Origin: Tricharina praecox
Taxonomy: Eukaryota
Direction of reading: 5' to 3'
Assembly: GCF_024521635.1 (NCBI RefSeq)
Contig: NW_026250403.1
Span: forward strand, 1,178,001 to 1,242,000
Length of the DNA stretch: 64,000 nt
Position numbers and translations under genes: made by a program
The notes under the pieces: generated by a model
The model's input: the letters and a program-made list of their open reading frames with translations, nothing else
Database searches by the model: none
What the model was told of the DNA's origin: nothing
In this document: piece by piece, positions 63,640-64,000 of the stretch
Numbering within the stretch: position 1 is the stretch's first letter
Layout of the letters: every line of letters begins with the position of its first letter

Positions 63640-63690
63640 GAAAAGAAAAGAAAAGAAAAGAAAAGAAAAGAAAAGAAAAGAAAAGAAAAG
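63640..63690. repeat. (AAAAG)n microsatellite
   Basis: Directly visible. Confidence 0.92.
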
Positions 63691-63764
63691 CCACAGAGCG
63701 CCGTATTGGTACGAAACGAAAAAGAACTTATCAAATGAAAAAACCAAAAGCACCTATCCGCTAG

Positions 63765-64000
63765 TTATCTCAGTTCCTTTTTGTCCACCTCAAGCTGCTC
63801 CTCCTCGGCTGCCACTGCCACTGGGACGGCCGTAGACGACGCCTTCTTTTCGCTCATGATGCGCTCCATCATCTCGACACGTTCCTTGAGCACACCGAGG
63901 GCCTCCTCAACCTGGAGGTCCTTCATGGCGGCGCCGGCAGTCTTGACGCGGAACGACTTCTCGAAAGCTTTCTGGCGGATATCCTGCTGGCGCATGCTCG
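63765..64000 (-). CDS. C-terminal end of an unidentified protein (coiled-coil-like); 5' end outside window
   Basis: Open frame running off the window edge with GC3-rich codons: ..QQDIRQKAFEKSFRVKT..LKERVEMMERIM..KKELR*. Confidence 0.6.
   Translation of the reverse strand, partial: SMRQQDIRQKAFEKSFRVKTAGAAMKDLQVEEALGVLKERVEMMERIMSEKKASSTAVPVAVAAEEEQLEVDKKELR

Overview
Eukaryotic DNA from a filamentous ascomycete, inferred from short GT-AG introns with CTRAC/CTAAC branch sites and the fungal gene families present. The gene-dense left part (1-20.3 kb) opens with a co-oriented shikimate/quinate-related cluster: an AROM-like C-terminus whose type I dehydroquinase catalytic residues appear lost, a stand-alone quinate/shikimate dehydrogenase, a PEP2-like SnoaL/NTF2-fold protein and an MDR-family reductase. 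It continues with a peroxisomal acyl-CoA oxidase, an F-box/ankyrin-like protein, a dihydroxyacetone kinase, a large disordered S/T-P-rich protein and the standout finding: an intronless, highly divergent Atg8-family protein. That protein has an N-terminal 11-mer amphipathic-repeat extension, an altered AIM/LIR-docking surface and an intact C-terminal TFG. The middle holds a large F-box protein and a large hypothetical protein inside long microsatellite-rich, gene-poor tracts. The right part holds an AA9 LPMO with a non-CBM1 4-Cys tail, CNS1, a stomatin, a 204-bp hAT-type MITE with 8-bp TSD, a degenerate tRNA-like Pol III unit, a small secreted Cys-rich protein, a spliced 94-aa microprotein, TSC13 and a partial gene at the edge. 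All exon boundaries and family calls were made by eye, without database searches.
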